In this document: in pieces, positions 20,059 to 30,222 of the stretch
Layout: each line of letters begins with the position of its first letter
Position numbering within the stretch: the first letter of the stretch is position 1
The notes under the pieces: model-generated
What the model was told of the DNA's origin: nothing
Database searches by the model: none
Seen by the model: the letters and a program-made list of their open reading frames with translations, nothing else
Made by a program: the position numbers and the translations under genes
DNA from: an uncultured Planctomycetaceae bacterium
GTDB lineage: Bacteria; Planctomycetota; Planctomycetia; Planctomycetales; Planctomycetaceae
NCBI GenBank assembly: GCA_963976765.1
Contig: CAXBME010000008.1
Span: 1 to 64,000, forward strand
Direction of reading: 5' to 3'
Length of the DNA stretch: 64,000 nucleotides

Positions 20059-20985
20059 GTGTTGCAGCTTGCCAGTACCAGTGAACCAACCACCGACGAA
20101 CGTCTGAGCCATCGGACGGTTGTCGACGCTCACCGAATCGAATGTCCGCTGTGTAATGATGACTCGCGGACGCTGTTTCAGAAACATGGAATCTGGATTC
20201 GCGAATGCACAGCCTGTCGGCATCGGTTTGCGAATTCTGAGATGCCGAATGATCACGTCGAACAGGTTTATGGAGACGACTATTTTTTCAGCGGCGGGGC
20301 GGGGTACGACAATTATCTGAGCGAAGCCGGACTGCTGGTTCCTCACGGTCGTCGATATGGTCGATTGTTGAAGCGGCATGGGGCAGGTACTTCGCTGCTG
20401 GACGTCGGAGCGGCAGCCGGGCTGATTCTCAAAGGGCTCGTCGAAGAGGGGTTTGATGGTCGAGGCGTTGAGCCAAACAGCACGATGGCAACGTTCGCGC
20501 AGGTGGAACTGCAACTCAACGTGGAAGCTTCGTCATTCGAGCACTTCGAGCCGGACACACAGTTCGACGTACTGACCGTCATTCAAGTCATGGGACACTT
20601 CATCGATCCGGTGGAAGTCGTCGGGAAACTGCATCGTCTGATGAAGCCCGGCGGCCTTTGCCTCGTCGAAACCTGGGACGCCGGAAGCTGGCCGGCTCGA
20701 CTGCTGGGTTCCAACTGGCACGAATACAGCCCGCCGAGTGTTCTGCAATGGTTTTCGCGAGGTTCGTTGAACCAGCTCTTCGAACGTTGTCAGTTTGAGC
20801 CGGTCGCGACAGGGCACCCGTCCAAGTGGATCAACGCCAGCCATGTCTGTTCACTGATTGATCATAAGCTTCCACATTCTCGCTGGGCCGATGCCGTTCG
20901 TTCTGGTCTGAGATGCATGCCGGCGTCGCTGAATCTTCCCTACCCGTCTGACGATCTCTTCTGGACGCTGTTCCGGAGAATTTGA
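20059..20985 (+). CDS. Class I SAM-dependent methyltransferase with N-terminal zinc ribbon
   Basis: CPLC..CTAC zinc ribbon; LLDVGAAAG motif I; FDVLT..VMGH. Confidence 0.88.
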   Translation: MLQLASTSEPTTDERLSHRTVVDAHRIECPLCNDDSRTLFQKHGIWIRECTACRHRFANSEMPNDHVEQVYGDDYFFSGGAGYDNYLSEAGLLVPHGRRYGRLLKRHGAGTSLLDVGAAAGLILKGLVEEGFDGRGVEPNSTMATFAQVELQLNVEASSFEHFEPDTQFDVLTVIQVMGHFIDPVEVVGKLHRLMKPGGLCLVETWDAGSWPARLLGSNWHEYSPPSVLQWFSRGSLNQLFERCQFEPVATGHPSKWINASHVCSLIDHKLPHSRWADAVRSGLRCMPASLNLPYPSDDLFWTLFRRI

Positions 20986-20986
20986 A

Positions 20987-22519
20987 ATGAATGCAGAAAA
21001 CGGTCACGACTCGAAATCTGTTTCGTCTGCCACCGACGGCAGCCAGCGCTCGCGCGCGACCACGATAATGTTGTGTCTTGCCGTAACGCTGCTTGCCGGA
21101 TGCCTGCGTTTTTACGGTCTGGGAGAGTGGTCGTTTGCGAATGACGAGCTGGCAACGTTTGTCGAATCCGACCGACTGTTCCGAGCGACTGACGACGGCG
21201 AGTTCACCATTTACGACGTGCTTCCCCGGCTGATCCCCGCCAGCTATGCGATTCTGGAATCCGGGTATCGACTCTTTGGTCGAGAAGAATTCGGCAGCCG
21301 CACGATGCCTGCGATTTTCGGGACGCTGCACGTGGCGATGGTCTTTTTGTTTGGAACCCGGCTGCACGGGCGACGTTTTGGTCTGATTCTCGCGCTGCTG
21401 GTGACGTTGTGGCCGGAGCACATTTTCCACAGCCAGCAGAATCGTTTCTACATGTTTGCGATGTGTGGCTCGACGCTGGCGTTCTTTCTGGCCACACTCG
21501 GCCTGCAGAGCGGAAGGAAGAAATACCTGATCGGTGCTCTCGTCGTCGCGGCGCTGTCAGTCACAACTCATACGCTCGCGACCGGGCTGGCTCCACTGTT
21601 CTACTTAACGATCCTTGCATCGCTGATCATCTGCCGAACGAAGATCTCTCGTCGATTTACGGTGAACGGTGTCAGTGTGGTCGCGCTGGTTGCTGCCTAC
21701 GTCTTGTTCTACGCATTGCCCAATATTCGGGGAAACTGGACCGGAGGCAGCGGCTGGATGTACTCGCCGGTGCACGCGCTGATGACGATTCCCGGCACGC
21801 TCGGGTGGGGACTCATTCTGCTCAGTGCGTCAGGCGGATTGCTGCTCGCCTCGAACCGGCAGCCGCAACACATCTTTGCGTTTCTTTGCACCGTCGCGAT
21901 TGTGCCCTTTGCTCTACTGGTGCCTTACGCGGTCAATTTTCATCCCGAGTATCTGATGATCGTCATCTTCCCGGCGGTGTATTCAGCGGCCTGGTTTGTT
22001 CAGTTCGTGTTTCAACATCTTCAGGAACATTCCAGAACAGCCGCCTTCACGTTTGCCGCATTTGCGATCCTGACGAATTTTCCCAGCCTGGCGAGTCACT
22101 ACGCGGACGGCTCACGGCCCAACTTTCGATCGGCTTCCGACTTCCTCATCACCAACGCTCAGGATCACGACACGATCGCCGCGATCTCGATCGGGAATCT
22201 TCGCCACTACCATCGGGATTTGCCGCCGACGCATGTCATCGATCCGGAATCTCCCATTGCAAGCATTTCAGAAGTCGTTTCCGATTCGGGCAAGACGTGG
22301 ATCGTTATTCAGAGCGGACGAAACGGGATCGCGCCGTCGTTGCAGGACTGGCTGAATTCAACCTGCCGTCTGGAGAAAACCATTCAACGAAAGCGGTACG
22401 ACTACTATTCGAACCGGATTGACATTTTCTCGACGGATGCCGGGCGACTGATAGCGAGTCTCGGCGATGCTCCGCAGCAGCCGGACCCTGACGAACCGGC
22501 GTGGTTCCAGGCAAACTGA
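20987..22519 (+). CDS. GT39/PMT-like (ArnT-like) polytopic glycosyltransferase (GT-C)
   Basis: LRFYGLG..SFANDE, R.MPAIFG and SQQNRFY motifs; many TMs and a C-terminal soluble domain. Confidence 0.8.
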   Translation: MNAENGHDSKSVSSATDGSQRSRATTIMLCLAVTLLAGCLRFYGLGEWSFANDELATFVESDRLFRATDDGEFTIYDVLPRLIPASYAILESGYRLFGREEFGSRTMPAIFGTLHVAMVFLFGTRLHGRRFGLILALLVTLWPEHIFHSQQNRFYMFAMCGSTLAFFLATLGLQSGRKKYLIGALVVAALSVTTHTLATGLAPLFYLTILASLIICRTKISRRFTVNGVSVVALVAAYVLFYALPNIRGNWTGGSGWMYSPVHALMTIPGTLGWGLILLSASGGLLLASNRQPQHIFAFLCTVAIVPFALLVPYAVNFHPEYLMIVIFPAVYSAAWFVQFVFQHLQEHSRTAAFTFAAFAILTNFPSLASHYADGSRPNFRSASDFLITNAQDHDTIAAISIGNLRHYHRDLPPTHVIDPESPIASISEVVSDSGKTWIVIQSGRNGIAPSLQDWLNSTCRLEKTIQRKRYDYYSNRIDIFSTDAGRLIASLGDAPQQPDPDEPAWFQAN

Positions 22520-22816
22520 CTCTACGTTTCTCAACGACGTCGACAAACATTCGTAGTGGAAGTCTCAAACGAGTCCGCAATTTTCGGAAGGTTGCGGGCT
22601 CGTCTCCGTTTTCGGGCGGTCACTCCACATGATGTAATTCGGTACGGCGCCGAGTCTGAACGATGGCTCTGCACGCCGTCCGCTTCGGTCGATCGAAATC
22701 GGCTTCAAGGCGAGCACCCAGGCCAAAGGTGCATCCGATGGGTTGCTCCAAAGAGCCGTGCCGTTACGCTAATCCGCCTGCAAAGATGGCTTTGACGGCA
22801 CCAGTGAGAAACAGTT

Positions 22817-23713
22817 ATGCGCGACTTTGAATACGAAGCCCCCACGGCACTCAGTACGGCGATCGAACTGCTCGCTCAGGCGAACGGATCCGCGAAACCC
22901 CTGGCTGGTGGGACGGACCTCATCGACCACGTTCGAACCGGTCGACTCGAACCAGACCTGCTGGTCGATGTCAAGAAAATTGACGAACTCAACGTGCTTG
23001 AGTTGAACGGCGACGGACTACGCGTCGGAGCTGCCGTGCCTTGTTACAGGATCTACGGCACGCCCGAGATTTCTCAGCAGTACGCCGCTTTGACGGACAG
23101 TTGCCGTATTATTGGTGGGATTCAGATTCAAAGCCGAGCGAGCGTCGGCGGAAATCTGTGCAACTCCGGCCCGGCTGCTGATTCGATTCCGAGTCTCATC
23201 GTGCTCGGCGGCGTCTGCGTCATCGCCGGTCCGAACGGAACTCGCGAAGTTCCTGCCGAAGATTTCTGCACGGCTCCCGGTAAGAACGTACTGAAAGCTG
23301 GCGAACTACTGGTCGAAATCAAATTTCCGGCACGAGCAGCCAACAGCGGATCGCACTACCGCCGCTTCATTCCGCGAAACGAAATGGACATCGCGGTGGT
23401 CAGCGTTGGAGCGTCGGTCGTACTCGACGAAAGCAAACAGAACATCGTCTCGGCCCGGATTGCTCTGGGAGCCGTCGCTGCGACGCCGTTGTTTGCTCAG
23501 GCTGCCAGCGATCTTCTGGCGGGACAGCCGATCAACGACGAATCGATCGCCAAAGCTGCCGCAGCCGCCCAGGATATCGCGACACCGATTACAGACATGC
23601 GAGGCACGGCAGAATACCGAACGCACCTCGTTGGTGTTCTTGTCGAGCGAGTTGTGAAAGCTGCAATTTCTCAGGCTCGCGGCGAAGCCATTTGTTACCG
23701 GCCCGGACATTGA
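22817..23713 (+). CDS. Xanthine dehydrogenase/CoxM family FAD-binding subunit
   Basis: PLAGGTDL, QIQSRASVGGN and DMRGTAEYR motifs. Confidence 0.92.
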   Translation: MRDFEYEAPTALSTAIELLAQANGSAKPLAGGTDLIDHVRTGRLEPDLLVDVKKIDELNVLELNGDGLRVGAAVPCYRIYGTPEISQQYAALTDSCRIIGGIQIQSRASVGGNLCNSGPAADSIPSLIVLGGVCVIAGPNGTREVPAEDFCTAPGKNVLKAGELLVEIKFPARAANSGSHYRRFIPRNEMDIAVVSVGASVVLDESKQNIVSARIALGAVAATPLFAQAASDLLAGQPINDESIAKAAAAAQDIATPITDMRGTAEYRTHLVGVLVERVVKAAISQARGEAICYRPGH

Positions 23714-23717
23714 TTTC

Positions 23718-23818
23718 GCAGGTCAGGCTTTGCCTGGCGAAGTCCTCGCCGTGCGGCAAATCCATGAACTCTGTTCCAAACTCAAGACATAAACTCCGTC
23801 AGGCAGAGCCTGACCTAC
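23718..23818. repeat. REPIN-like element (inverted pair of GTAG-type REP palindromes)
   Basis: GCAGGTCAGGCTTTGCCTGGCG (23718-23739) and CGTCAGGCAGAGCCTGACCTAC (23797-23818) form a 22-bp inverted repeat with 3 mismatches, each arm itself palindromic. Confidence 0.7.
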
Positions 23819-23836
23819 CAGACAGGCGGACTCATC

Positions 23837-24322
23837 ATGGCGAAAAAACGAATCGTCACCACGACGATCAACGGAGACACTCACGAGTTCCTCTGCAAGC
23901 CGCAGCAGACTTTGCTGGAAGCTCTTCGCGACGTGCTCGGCCTGACCGGCACCAAGGAAGGCTGCTCAAATGGCAACTGCGGAGCGTGTACCGTTCAGAT
24001 GAACGGTCGTCCGGTCGACAGCTGCCTGGTGCTGGCTGTCGAGGCTGAAGGTGCCAGCCTGAAAACGATTGAAGGCGTCGCCTGCGGAAACCACCTCGAC
24101 GAAGTGCAGAGTGCCTTCCTCGAAGGCGCCGCGCTGCAGTGTGGTATCTGCACGCCGGGATTCATCATGCAGACAGAATCGCTGCTCGAAGAAAACGCCA
24201 CTCCCAGCGAAGAAGAAATCCGTTTCTATCTTGCCGGCAACCTCTGCCGCTGCACGGGCTACGACAAAATCGTCAAAGCCGTCCAGTGCGCCGCCGAACA
24301 ACGACAGGCCGCGAACGCCTGA
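23837..24322 (+). CDS. CoxS family 2x[2Fe-2S] subunit
   Basis: GTKEGCSNGNCGACTV, QCGICTPG and GNLCRCTGY motifs. Confidence 0.95.
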   Translation: MAKKRIVTTTINGDTHEFLCKPQQTLLEALRDVLGLTGTKEGCSNGNCGACTVQMNGRPVDSCLVLAVEAEGASLKTIEGVACGNHLDEVQSAFLEGAALQCGICTPGFIMQTESLLEENATPSEEEIRFYLAGNLCRCTGYDKIVKAVQCAAEQRQAANA

Positions 24323-24387
24323 AGTTTTTCGTGGTTCCCAAAATCGCATCTGAAACTAAGCCTTTCGATAACCAGTGAGAGACGATC

Positions 24388-26658
24388 ATGGCTACTGCTG
24401 AAAAGCCCAAATACAAAGTCATAGGAACTCGACCTGTTCGTCACGATGGCGTCGACAAAGTCACTGGTCGAGCCCGTTACGGAGCGGACACCGAGCTGAC
24501 TGGCATGCTCTACGGGGCGATGCTTCGCAGCCCGCATGCTCATGCGAATATCAAATCGATCGACACATCAAAGGCCGAAGCACTGCCTGGCGTGCGAGCG
24601 GTCATGACCAGTGCCGATCTGCCTGAGCAGGGTGATCGGATCGTCGAACTCGGCGAAGGCGCGGTTAACATGCGGCATCTTCGAGCGAACGTTCTGGCGA
24701 CAGAGAAAGTCCTTTACAAAGGGCACGCAATCGCCGCCGTCGCGGCTGATACGATTCACATCGCCCAGGAAGCGGTCAAGCTGATTGACATCGAATTCGA
24801 AGTTCTGCCGCCGGTACTGGATGTCGTCAAAGCGATGGCCGACGACGCTCCTGTTCTGAACGACGATATTCGCACTGAATCGCTGGGTTCTCATCCACCA
24901 TCCGACGACGCTTCAAAACACACCAACGTCGCCAAACATTTCGTCTTCGAGAAGGGCGACGTTGCCAAAGGTTTTGCAGAAGCCGACGTCGTGATTGAAC
25001 GAGAGTTCGACACGGCGACCGTTCATCAGGGGTACATCGAGCCTCACGCTTCCACTGCTCTCTGGAATTCCGATGGTAAAGTCACTGTCTGGACCTGCAC
25101 ACAGGGCACGTTCAGCGTTCGGCATCAGACTGCTGAATTACTGAATATCCCCATCTCTGACGTGAAAGTCGTTCCGACAGAAATTGGCGGTGGCTTCGGT
25201 GGGAAGATTTCGGTTTACCTGCCGCCTGTCGCCGCTGGCCTTTCCAGGAAAGCGGGTCGTCCGGTCAAGATTGTGATGGATCGAGCCGCCGTGTTCGAAG
25301 CCACCGGTCCGACGCCGGGCTCACACATGAAGGTCAAAATCGGAGCGACAAAGGACGGAAAAATCGTCGCCGGTGAAGCCTGGATCGCCTTCGAAGCGGG
25401 AGCGTTCACCGGTTCACCGATCGCTCCGGGCTGCATGTGCGTCTTCTCATGTTATGACGTTCCCAATGCCCGAGTCGACGGCTTCGACGTCTGCGTGAAC
25501 AAACCTCGCACAAACGCGTACCGGGCTCCCGGTTCGACTCAGGTCTGTTTCGCGACCGAAACCATTGTCGACGAAATCTGCCGAGAGATCGGTATGGAAC
25601 CCGCCGAGTTTCGCCTGAAGAACGCTGCCAAAGAAGGCGTTCGTCGAGTCGACGGTCCTGTCTACGGTCGCGTCGGTATGGAAGAAACCGTTCAGGCCAT
25701 CAAAGATAGCGATCATTACAAAACATCGCTGACCGGCAAGTTCCAGGGACGCGGTATCGCAACCGGGTTCTGGTTCAACTGCGGACTCAAGTCAGCTGCC
25801 ACGGCGACGGTCAATCCCGACGGGACAGTTTCGCTACTGGAAGGTTCGACAGACATCGGCGGGTCGCGAGCGGGGATCGCCATGCAGCTGGCAGAAACGT
25901 TGGGCATCACGGCTGAAGAAGTGAAGCCCGCCGTCGTCGACACCGACAGCATTGGCTACACCGACGTCACGGGCGGAAGCCGGGTGACCTTTGCAACGGG
26001 CATCGCCGCCATCAATGCGGCGAAGGACATTCAGCGGCAGATGTGTGCTCGTGCAGCCATGATCTGGGACTGCGACGAAGCCGACGTCCGTTACGAAGAC
26101 GGTTGCATCATTGGTTCCGGCGACCATCGCTTCACGTTCAAGGAACTCGCCGCAAAGATCAACGCGACCGGTGAACCAATTGCCGGACGAGGCACAGCCA
26201 GTGAAGAAACTCAGGCCGGAGCGTTCGGTACTCACTGTGCAGACGTCGAAGTCGATCCGGACACCGGCAAGGTTCAGATTCTGCGTTACACCGTTGCTCA
26301 GGATGTTGGCACGGCTATCCATCCAAGCTATGTCGAAGGCCAGCTTCAAGGCGGAGCGGTCCAGGGAATCGGTTGGGCACTTAACGAGGAATACTGGTAT
26401 GACGAAGCTGGCTCGATGCGAAACGCGTCGTTCCTCGATTACCGAATTCCGACGATTTACGACGTGCCAATGATCGAAACGATTCTCGTCGAAGTCCCCG
26501 ATCCCGGTCATCCATACGGAGTCCGCGGCGTCGGCGAAGTTCCGATCTGCCCTCCGCCAGCGGCCATCGCCAACGCCATTTACGACGCCATCGGAGTCCG
26601 AATGCGGGAGCTGCCGATGGCACCTCACAAAGTGTGCGCCGAAATCCTGAAGAAGTAA
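24388..26658 (+). CDS. Xanthine dehydrogenase family molybdopterin-binding subunit
   Basis: KVTGRARY, GGGFGGK, active-site loop AYRAPG, GQLQGGAVQG and GVRGVGE motifs. Confidence 0.93.
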   Translation: MATAEKPKYKVIGTRPVRHDGVDKVTGRARYGADTELTGMLYGAMLRSPHAHANIKSIDTSKAEALPGVRAVMTSADLPEQGDRIVELGEGAVNMRHLRANVLATEKVLYKGHAIAAVAADTIHIAQEAVKLIDIEFEVLPPVLDVVKAMADDAPVLNDDIRTESLGSHPPSDDASKHTNVAKHFVFEKGDVAKGFAEADVVIEREFDTATVHQGYIEPHASTALWNSDGKVTVWTCTQGTFSVRHQTAELLNIPISDVKVVPTEIGGGFGGKISVYLPPVAAGLSRKAGRPVKIVMDRAAVFEATGPTPGSHMKVKIGATKDGKIVAGEAWIAFEAGAFTGSPIAPGCMCVFSCYDVPNARVDGFDVCVNKPRTNAYRAPGSTQVCFATETIVDEICREIGMEPAEFRLKNAAKEGVRRVDGPVYGRVGMEETVQAIKDSDHYKTSLTGKFQGRGIATGFWFNCGLKSAATATVNPDGTVSLLEGSTDIGGSRAGIAMQLAETLGITAEEVKPAVVDTDSIGYTDVTGGSRVTFATGIAAINAAKDIQRQMCARAAMIWDCDEADVRYEDGCIIGSGDHRFTFKELAAKINATGEPIAGRGTASEETQAGAFGTHCADVEVDPDTGKVQILRYTVAQDVGTAIHPSYVEGQLQGGAVQGIGWALNEEYWYDEAGSMRNASFLDYRIPTIYDVPMIETILVEVPDPGHPYGVRGVGEVPICPPPAAIANAIYDAIGVRMRELPMAPHKVCAEILKK

Positions 26659-26714
26659 CACGACGCAAAATATCGTCTTGGCGATCACCCACCCAAATGA
26701 GCGCAGGAGATTTC

Positions 26715-27407
26715 ATGCGAATCGATTCGGGCCATCTTCAGAACCAATTTGAGGCATATCTAAAGAGTCCGGAAGGTGAGAAATTCGTCGACGACAATTC
26801 ACTTCCGTTGGTCGTCCTTCTAATCATGTCCGCCATGTTTGCGGTAGTAGGTTTCTTTTTAATTGCAACAGTGATTCTTGTGGTCCCTGGCGTAAAAATG
26901 CTTTTTAAATCGCTTACCTTCGAACTCGTAGCCAACGACTTGGGCAGACAACTAGCGAACGGAGCAGCCGGATATCGACTTATGCTGGGACACGGAATCA
27001 TTGCTGGCCCGACCGGTAGCTCGCTAATTCTGGGAACATTTGATTCTGAGAATGTTGAAGTGCTCGACAGTCTTTCTCAGCGGCTGGCTCACATTTACTT
27101 GAACGGAGCGGAGCGTTCCGAAGAGGAAGCGACGCTTAAACTTCTTCGCAAGGATAAATTCAAGGAACATCGGCGTCGTGCAGTTCCGACTGAATTAGCA
27201 GACGGACAGAATCTATGGTTGTTTGATATCGCATTGGATATGAACAAAGTTCGATGTAGCGGCGAACAAATTCACGTGGCCTGTCTCGTTTCCGAAGGAA
27301 AGTCTGGAAAAATCTTTCCATTGCCGTGGGAAAACGTGGGCCATTTGTTTGGACTACGAGACTCTGTTGCCACACCGTCCTCTGATTCCGAAAAACAATC
27401 AGAATAG
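26715..27407 (+). CDS. Hypothetical membrane protein
   Basis: ORF with a TM hairpin and an AGGAG RBS before ATG 26715; more AT-rich than its neighbours. Confidence 0.65.
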   Translation: MRIDSGHLQNQFEAYLKSPEGEKFVDDNSLPLVVLLIMSAMFAVVGFFLIATVILVVPGVKMLFKSLTFELVANDLGRQLANGAAGYRLMLGHGIIAGPTGSSLILGTFDSENVEVLDSLSQRLAHIYLNGAERSEEEATLKLLRKDKFKEHRRRAVPTELADGQNLWLFDIALDMNKVRCSGEQIHVACLVSEGKSGKIFPLPWENVGHLFGLRDSVATPSSDSEKQSE

Positions 27408-28016
27408 ATGGCCAAGTTTTACTTTTACTACTCGGCGATGAACGCGGGGAAGTCGACGACTCTGCTTCAGTCGAGTTACAACTATCGTGAGCGGGGAATG
27501 AATCCGCTTGTGCTGACGCCGCAACTGGATAATCGGTTTGGTGAAGGCAAGGTGGCGTCCCGAATCGGGATCAAAGCAGAAGCCGTGACGTTCACGCAAA
27601 CTGACAACCTGCTGGACCGAATTCAGGAAATGCACGAGGCGAGCCCGGTGCATTGCGTACTGGTCGACGAGGCTCAGTTTTTGACGAAGCTGCAGGTGCG
27701 GCAGCTTAGCGATGTTGTTGACGATCTTGAGATACCGGTCCTGGCCTATGGTCTGCGAACCGACTTCCAGGGCAACCTGTTTGAAGGCAGCCTGAATCTG
27801 CTCGCCTGGGCCGACAGCCTGACCGAAATCAAGACGATCTGTCATTGTGGCCGAAAGGCAACGATGGTCTTACGACTCGGTGAGGACGGCAAGCCGGTCC
27901 GCGACGGAGCACAGGTCAAAATTGGCGGCAACGAGACCTACCAGTCCGTCTGTCGTCGCCACTTTAAAGAGGGTATCGCTACGCGGCAGACGAACCAGCT
28001 TCCGTTCAAGGACTGA
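27408..28016 (+). CDS. tdk: Thymidine kinase
   Basis: [31 protein letters not shown] and [14 protein letters not shown] motifs. Confidence 0.97.
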   Translation: MAKFYFYYSAMNAGKSTTLLQSSYNYRERGMNPLVLTPQLDNRFGEGKVASRIGIKAEAVTFTQTDNLLDRIQEMHEASPVHCVLVDEAQFLTKLQVRQLSDVVDDLEIPVLAYGLRTDFQGNLFEGSLNLLAWADSLTEIKTICHCGRKATMVLRLGEDGKPVRDGAQVKIGGNETYQSVCRRHFKEGIATRQTNQLPFKD

Positions 28017-28028
28017 GTTGCAATTTCT

Positions 28029-28084
28029 CAGGGTGGGCATCATCCACCAGTAAATCCGCATTTTCTTTCCAGGTGGGCAGAGCC
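28029..28084. repeat. Degenerate GGGTGGGC..GCCCACC REP-like pair
   Basis: CAGGGTGGGCATCATCCACC and GGTGGGCAGAGCC resemble the element at 57557-57621. Confidence 0.45.
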
Positions 28085-28338
28085 GAATAATATTGAGATC
28101 TGACCCAGCCAGCTGGACTGCAAGTAATTGCCGGTGCGACTCCGGCCTGCGGAGGTGGCCGGAGTTTTGCGAGGTACAAGGTACGACCGTTCAGAGTGCA
28201 GAGCGGTCGGAGACCATTCCGGCAAGTTCGGCAGAAACGGTGCTTTCGTTGTACGCAGTGCGGTGAAATTCGAACTACATTCAAGAGAAGTCATTGTCGA
28301 AGGCAAAGCCAGATTCGAAATTCAGAGAGCTGCTGATT

Positions 28339-29699
28339 ATGTCCAGCGAAAAACCAGTGCGACTGATGTCGCTTGATGCGTACCGCGGATTCGTGATGCT
28401 GCTGATGGCGTCCAGCGGGCTGGCGTTACCTCGAATTGCCAGTGACGAGCGAGTGCTGACGCAGTTCGACGGAACTCAATGGGCGAGTGCCTGGCGAATT
28501 TTGTGGGACACGCTGGAGTATCAGCTTTCGCATGTCGCATGGACGGGTTGTTCGGCTTGGGATTTGATTCAGCCGAGCTTCATGTTCATGGTCGGGGTGT
28601 CGCTGCCGTTCTCGATGTCTCGACGGGATGCTGAAGGAACGGCTGGATGGAAGAGCTTTCTGCACGCGATCTGGCGGTCGCTGATACTGGTCGGTCTGGG
28701 AGTGGCGTTGTCGTCGTCGAATCGGGAAGGGATTTTCAACTTCACTTTCGCGAACGTGCTTTGCCAGATCGGGCTCGGTTATTCGTTTCTGTATTTGCTG
28801 CGCGGTCTGAGTCTGAAAGGGCTTGCTGCAACTGCGACCGTTGTCCTGGTTGGTTACGGAGCGTGGTTTGCGTTTCACAAGCAGAAGTTGATCTGACAAA
28901 GCAGTATCTGACCGAGCATGCTGCCGAGCCGGGCCTTGCGGAACTTGACTGGTCGCAGTTTCGGGAAGGCAGCTGGGCGGCACACTGGAACAAGCACACG
29001 AACGCCGCTGCTCAGGCGGATCGCGATTTGCTGAACCGACTTCCTCGAACGGAAGAACCCTGGAACGGCAAAGGCTTCTGGGCAAATCGAGGTGGGTACC
29101 AGACTCTGAATTTCATTCCGTCGCTGGCGACGATGATTTTCGGACTAATGGCGGGTCTCGTGTTGATGAGCGATCGTGATGACGGAGCACGGCTTCGCTG
29201 GATGTTTCGCGCGGGGCTGATTTGTTTCGGACTGGCGATGGCTGCAGACACGACGTTGTGGCCGACTCAGTGGTTGCCGATCGGTTTGCAGCAGCAGTTG
29301 TACGATTACTCGTGGTCGCTCTGTCCAGCTGTCAAGCGAATCTGGAGTCCGACGTGGGCGGTCTTCGCTGCCGGCTGGACATTCTGGACGCTCGGGTTTT
29401 TCTACTGGCTGGTCGAAGTCGTGGGCTGCCGACGGATCATGACGCCGTTCGCGATTGTCGGGCTGAATTCGATCGCGATGTACTGCATGGCTCAGCTCTT
29501 CAAAGGCTGGATTGGTGAATCACTGCGGACGGTCGCTCGAACTGTTGATCAGATCGGCGGCTGGACAGACGGGTTGAGCTGGTGGCTGAACGCTGACGTG
29601 TTTGCCTACGCACCTGTGCTGGATTATTCGCTGCGTCTGTTGGCGATGTGGTGCGTCTGCTGCTGGATGTATCGCCGCAGTTTGTACATTCGGATCTGA
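28339..29699 (+). pseudogene. HGSNAT/DUF5009-like membrane acyltransferase, frameshifted near 28880
   Basis: 5' part in one frame (RLMSLDAYRG, WDLIQPSFMFMVG, VLCQIG) stops at 28896. The 3' part (TLNFIPSLAT, KRIWSP, GLNSIAMY, YIRI) continues in another frame. Confidence 0.8.
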
Positions 29700-29705
29700 C
29701 TGGTG

Positions 29706-29722
29706 ACTGGTGCCCACCCTAC
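29706..29722. repeat. Single REP half (..GGTGCCCACCCTAC) just after the stop codon
   Basis: Matches the right arm of the 57557-57621 element and ends in CTAC (reverse of GTAG). Confidence 0.5.
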
Positions 29723-29914
29723 AGGCCGCATCGCTGTGTGCGCGTGACACCTTGACATAGTCCGAGCCGTCGTTGCACGCCGCTTGGCTGGAGCGTCGTG
29801 TCTAACCGGCGTCTGCCGTGTTTCCGACCGTCCTGCTTCTGGTCGACGAATTCTCTGCTGTTGCTCGCCGGCGCGGCTGCATCGCGCGCCACCGTTTGCT
29901 GTTATGTCGTGCGG

Positions 29915-30222
29915 CGATGTTGCTCCGATGCAACATTGGTCGTCTGGCGTTGATTTCGGGCATCCAGCCCGAGTGATCGAATCAGCCGGCAATTCATGGC
30001 GTTACGACTGCTTAACGCTGTGTTTCAAACTGGCAGTCTCTCTGAACAGGCCGCCTGACAGCACTTTGGTCTGTTTGGTTTTCTCAACCGCTGACTGTTA
30101 CGCAGTCAAAGGTTGAGACGTTTTTCGTGAGATGGTTCGTTGATTCTCCTGAATCGAATTGTCTCGCGAAGTCGCGGAAACCGGGTCTACGCAATCTTTC
30201 CGGTTTCCGCGTGTTTCTCTTC
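29915..30222 (+). ncRNA. Candidate structured RNA or leader: at least six consecutive hairpins ending in a terminator-like stem
   Basis: Stems at 29915-29938, 29944-29989, 29996-30021, 30082-30118, 30124-30170 and 30173-30211 plus a U-rich tail. G-U pairs favour the + strand; no convincing ORF. Confidence 0.4.

Noticed and set aside
24388..26658. Aerobic CO dehydrogenase (coxL)
   Set aside because: The active-site loop is AYRAPG, not AYxCSFR or AYxGAGR, and no cox accessory genes are present.
30170..30215. c-di-GMP-I riboswitch (GGGTCTACG-like word)
   Set aside because: No GGCAAA / GNRA / ACGCAAA P2 elements upstream; the word lies within a terminator-like stem-loop.
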